Source: a virus
Taxonomy: Duplodnaviria; Caudoviricetes
Virus record (IMG/VR): IMGVR_UViG_3300049215_000407
Coordinates: 448 to 64,447 of that record
Reading direction: 5' to 3' (one strand)
Length of the DNA: 64,000 nucleotides
Below, one piece after another: positions 63,280 to 64,000 of the stretch. Made by a program: the position numbers and the translations under genes. Every line of letters begins with the position of its first letter. Positions within the stretch are counted from its first letter, which is position 1. Below the pieces are notes generated by a model. That model did no database searches. It saw nothing but the letters and a program-made list of their open reading frames with translations, and had not been told where the DNA came from.

Positions 63280-64000
63280 GCAGCAACGGCGTGATGCTTC
63301 AGGACTACGTGCCGAACGCGATCAACAACCTCACCGAAGAAATTTGGTGTGCGGGTGCGGTGATTCCGGCCGGCAAAAAGGTCGTGATCGGTCACATGCG
63401 CGATGGCTGGCTCGAAGTCACGTTCACGATGGGCAAGACGCAGGACTTCATCGGCATGGCGATGGTCCCGCCTTCGGTCGTCGGGATCGACGAGCCGACG
63501 CGATTTCCCGGCGTCGGCTTCATGCCTCAAGGCGTCGCCGCGATGGCGGTGCGACAGGGGCGCTCTCAAAAACAAACCTATTGTCCGGATCGAACCTGGC
63601 GAGTTGGCCTTCCAAGAAATTCCAACGAGTCTGGGTGGCTTCGCACTTGGAACGATCCGTCGCCGCCTCCGGCGAGTAAAATCGTGGATGTGTGCGTGCC
63701 CACATGTGGTCCGGGCGAGGTGTTGAACCTCTTGGCGGGACAACACACCTTGATTCCAGAAAGCGATCCCTACTTTGTGTCGCGCTTGATCGAAGTAGTG
63801 CAGATGGGGCTTCGTCCAGTGTTTCATTGCGTCCCCGGAGAATCCACGGCATACGCCCCGTCGAGAGGTGCGATCGATCAGAGCGCGCCACTCCCGCCGC
63901 GAGGATCGCAAGGCGCAACACGCATGGGTCCGGTGTGGCCGGTCGGGATGCCTGCGGCTGCCGCTCAAATCCGCGCTGGGATCCGTGGAATGGGGTCGAG
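63276..64000 (+). CDS. 3'-truncated hypothetical protein (MSSNGVMLQD...)
   Basis: ATGA overlap; frame open to window end. Confidence 0.6.
   Translation, partial: MSSNGVMLQDYVPNAINNLTEEIWCAGAVIPAGKKVVIGHMRDGWLEVTFTMGKTQDFIGMAMVPPSVVGIDEPTRFPGVGFMPQGVAAMAVRQGRSQKQTYCPDRTWRVGLPRNSNESGWLRTWNDPSPPPASKIVDVCVPTCGPGEVLNLLAGQHTLIPESDPYFVSRLIEVVQMGLRPVFHCVPGESTAYAPSRGAIDQSAPLPPRGSQGATRMGPVWPVGMPAAAAQIRAGIRGMGS

Overview
GC-rich, gene-dense segment of a bacterial virus genome, with ORFs running off both window ends. The host is inferred to be myxobacterial from two Cys-rich lipoproteins with DGG/DAG linkers. Four modules are visible. (1) Virion-like genes at 1-1.8 kb, 20.6-27.5 kb and 46.9-64 kb: many single-TM membrane-anchored proteins, fibre/spike proteins, lysozyme-like proteins, an Arg-rich core-like protein, a transglutaminase-fold Cys-His-Asp enzyme, a polyvalent ART/JAB protein and a candidate beta-rich capsid gene block. 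(2) An early/accessory region at 2-20 kb: tandem GroES, a serine recombinase, a Ycf46-like AAA ATPase and about 40 small ORFs. (3) A leftward replication operon: SF2 helicase, VRR-NUC-like nuclease, primase-polymerase/VirE, an iteron-like repeat field, RHH proteins and a triple-wHTH regulator. (4) A rightward recombination/modification operon: N6-adenine MTase, PD-(D/E)XK exonuclease, AAA_24/Sak4-like ATPase and SSB-like protein. I recognised no terminase, portal, tail tube/sheath or tape-measure gene, so the best reading is an unusually large tailless, membrane-containing virus; this is inference. Notable patterns include recurring G-[LVMF]-G and RENP/AxE peptide motifs across virion proteins, a five-copy covarying hairpin between early genes, 12-bp-period operator repeats, TAnnnT leaderless promoters and several structured intergenic RNAs. 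All functional calls come from motif recognition by eye; no database searches were run.
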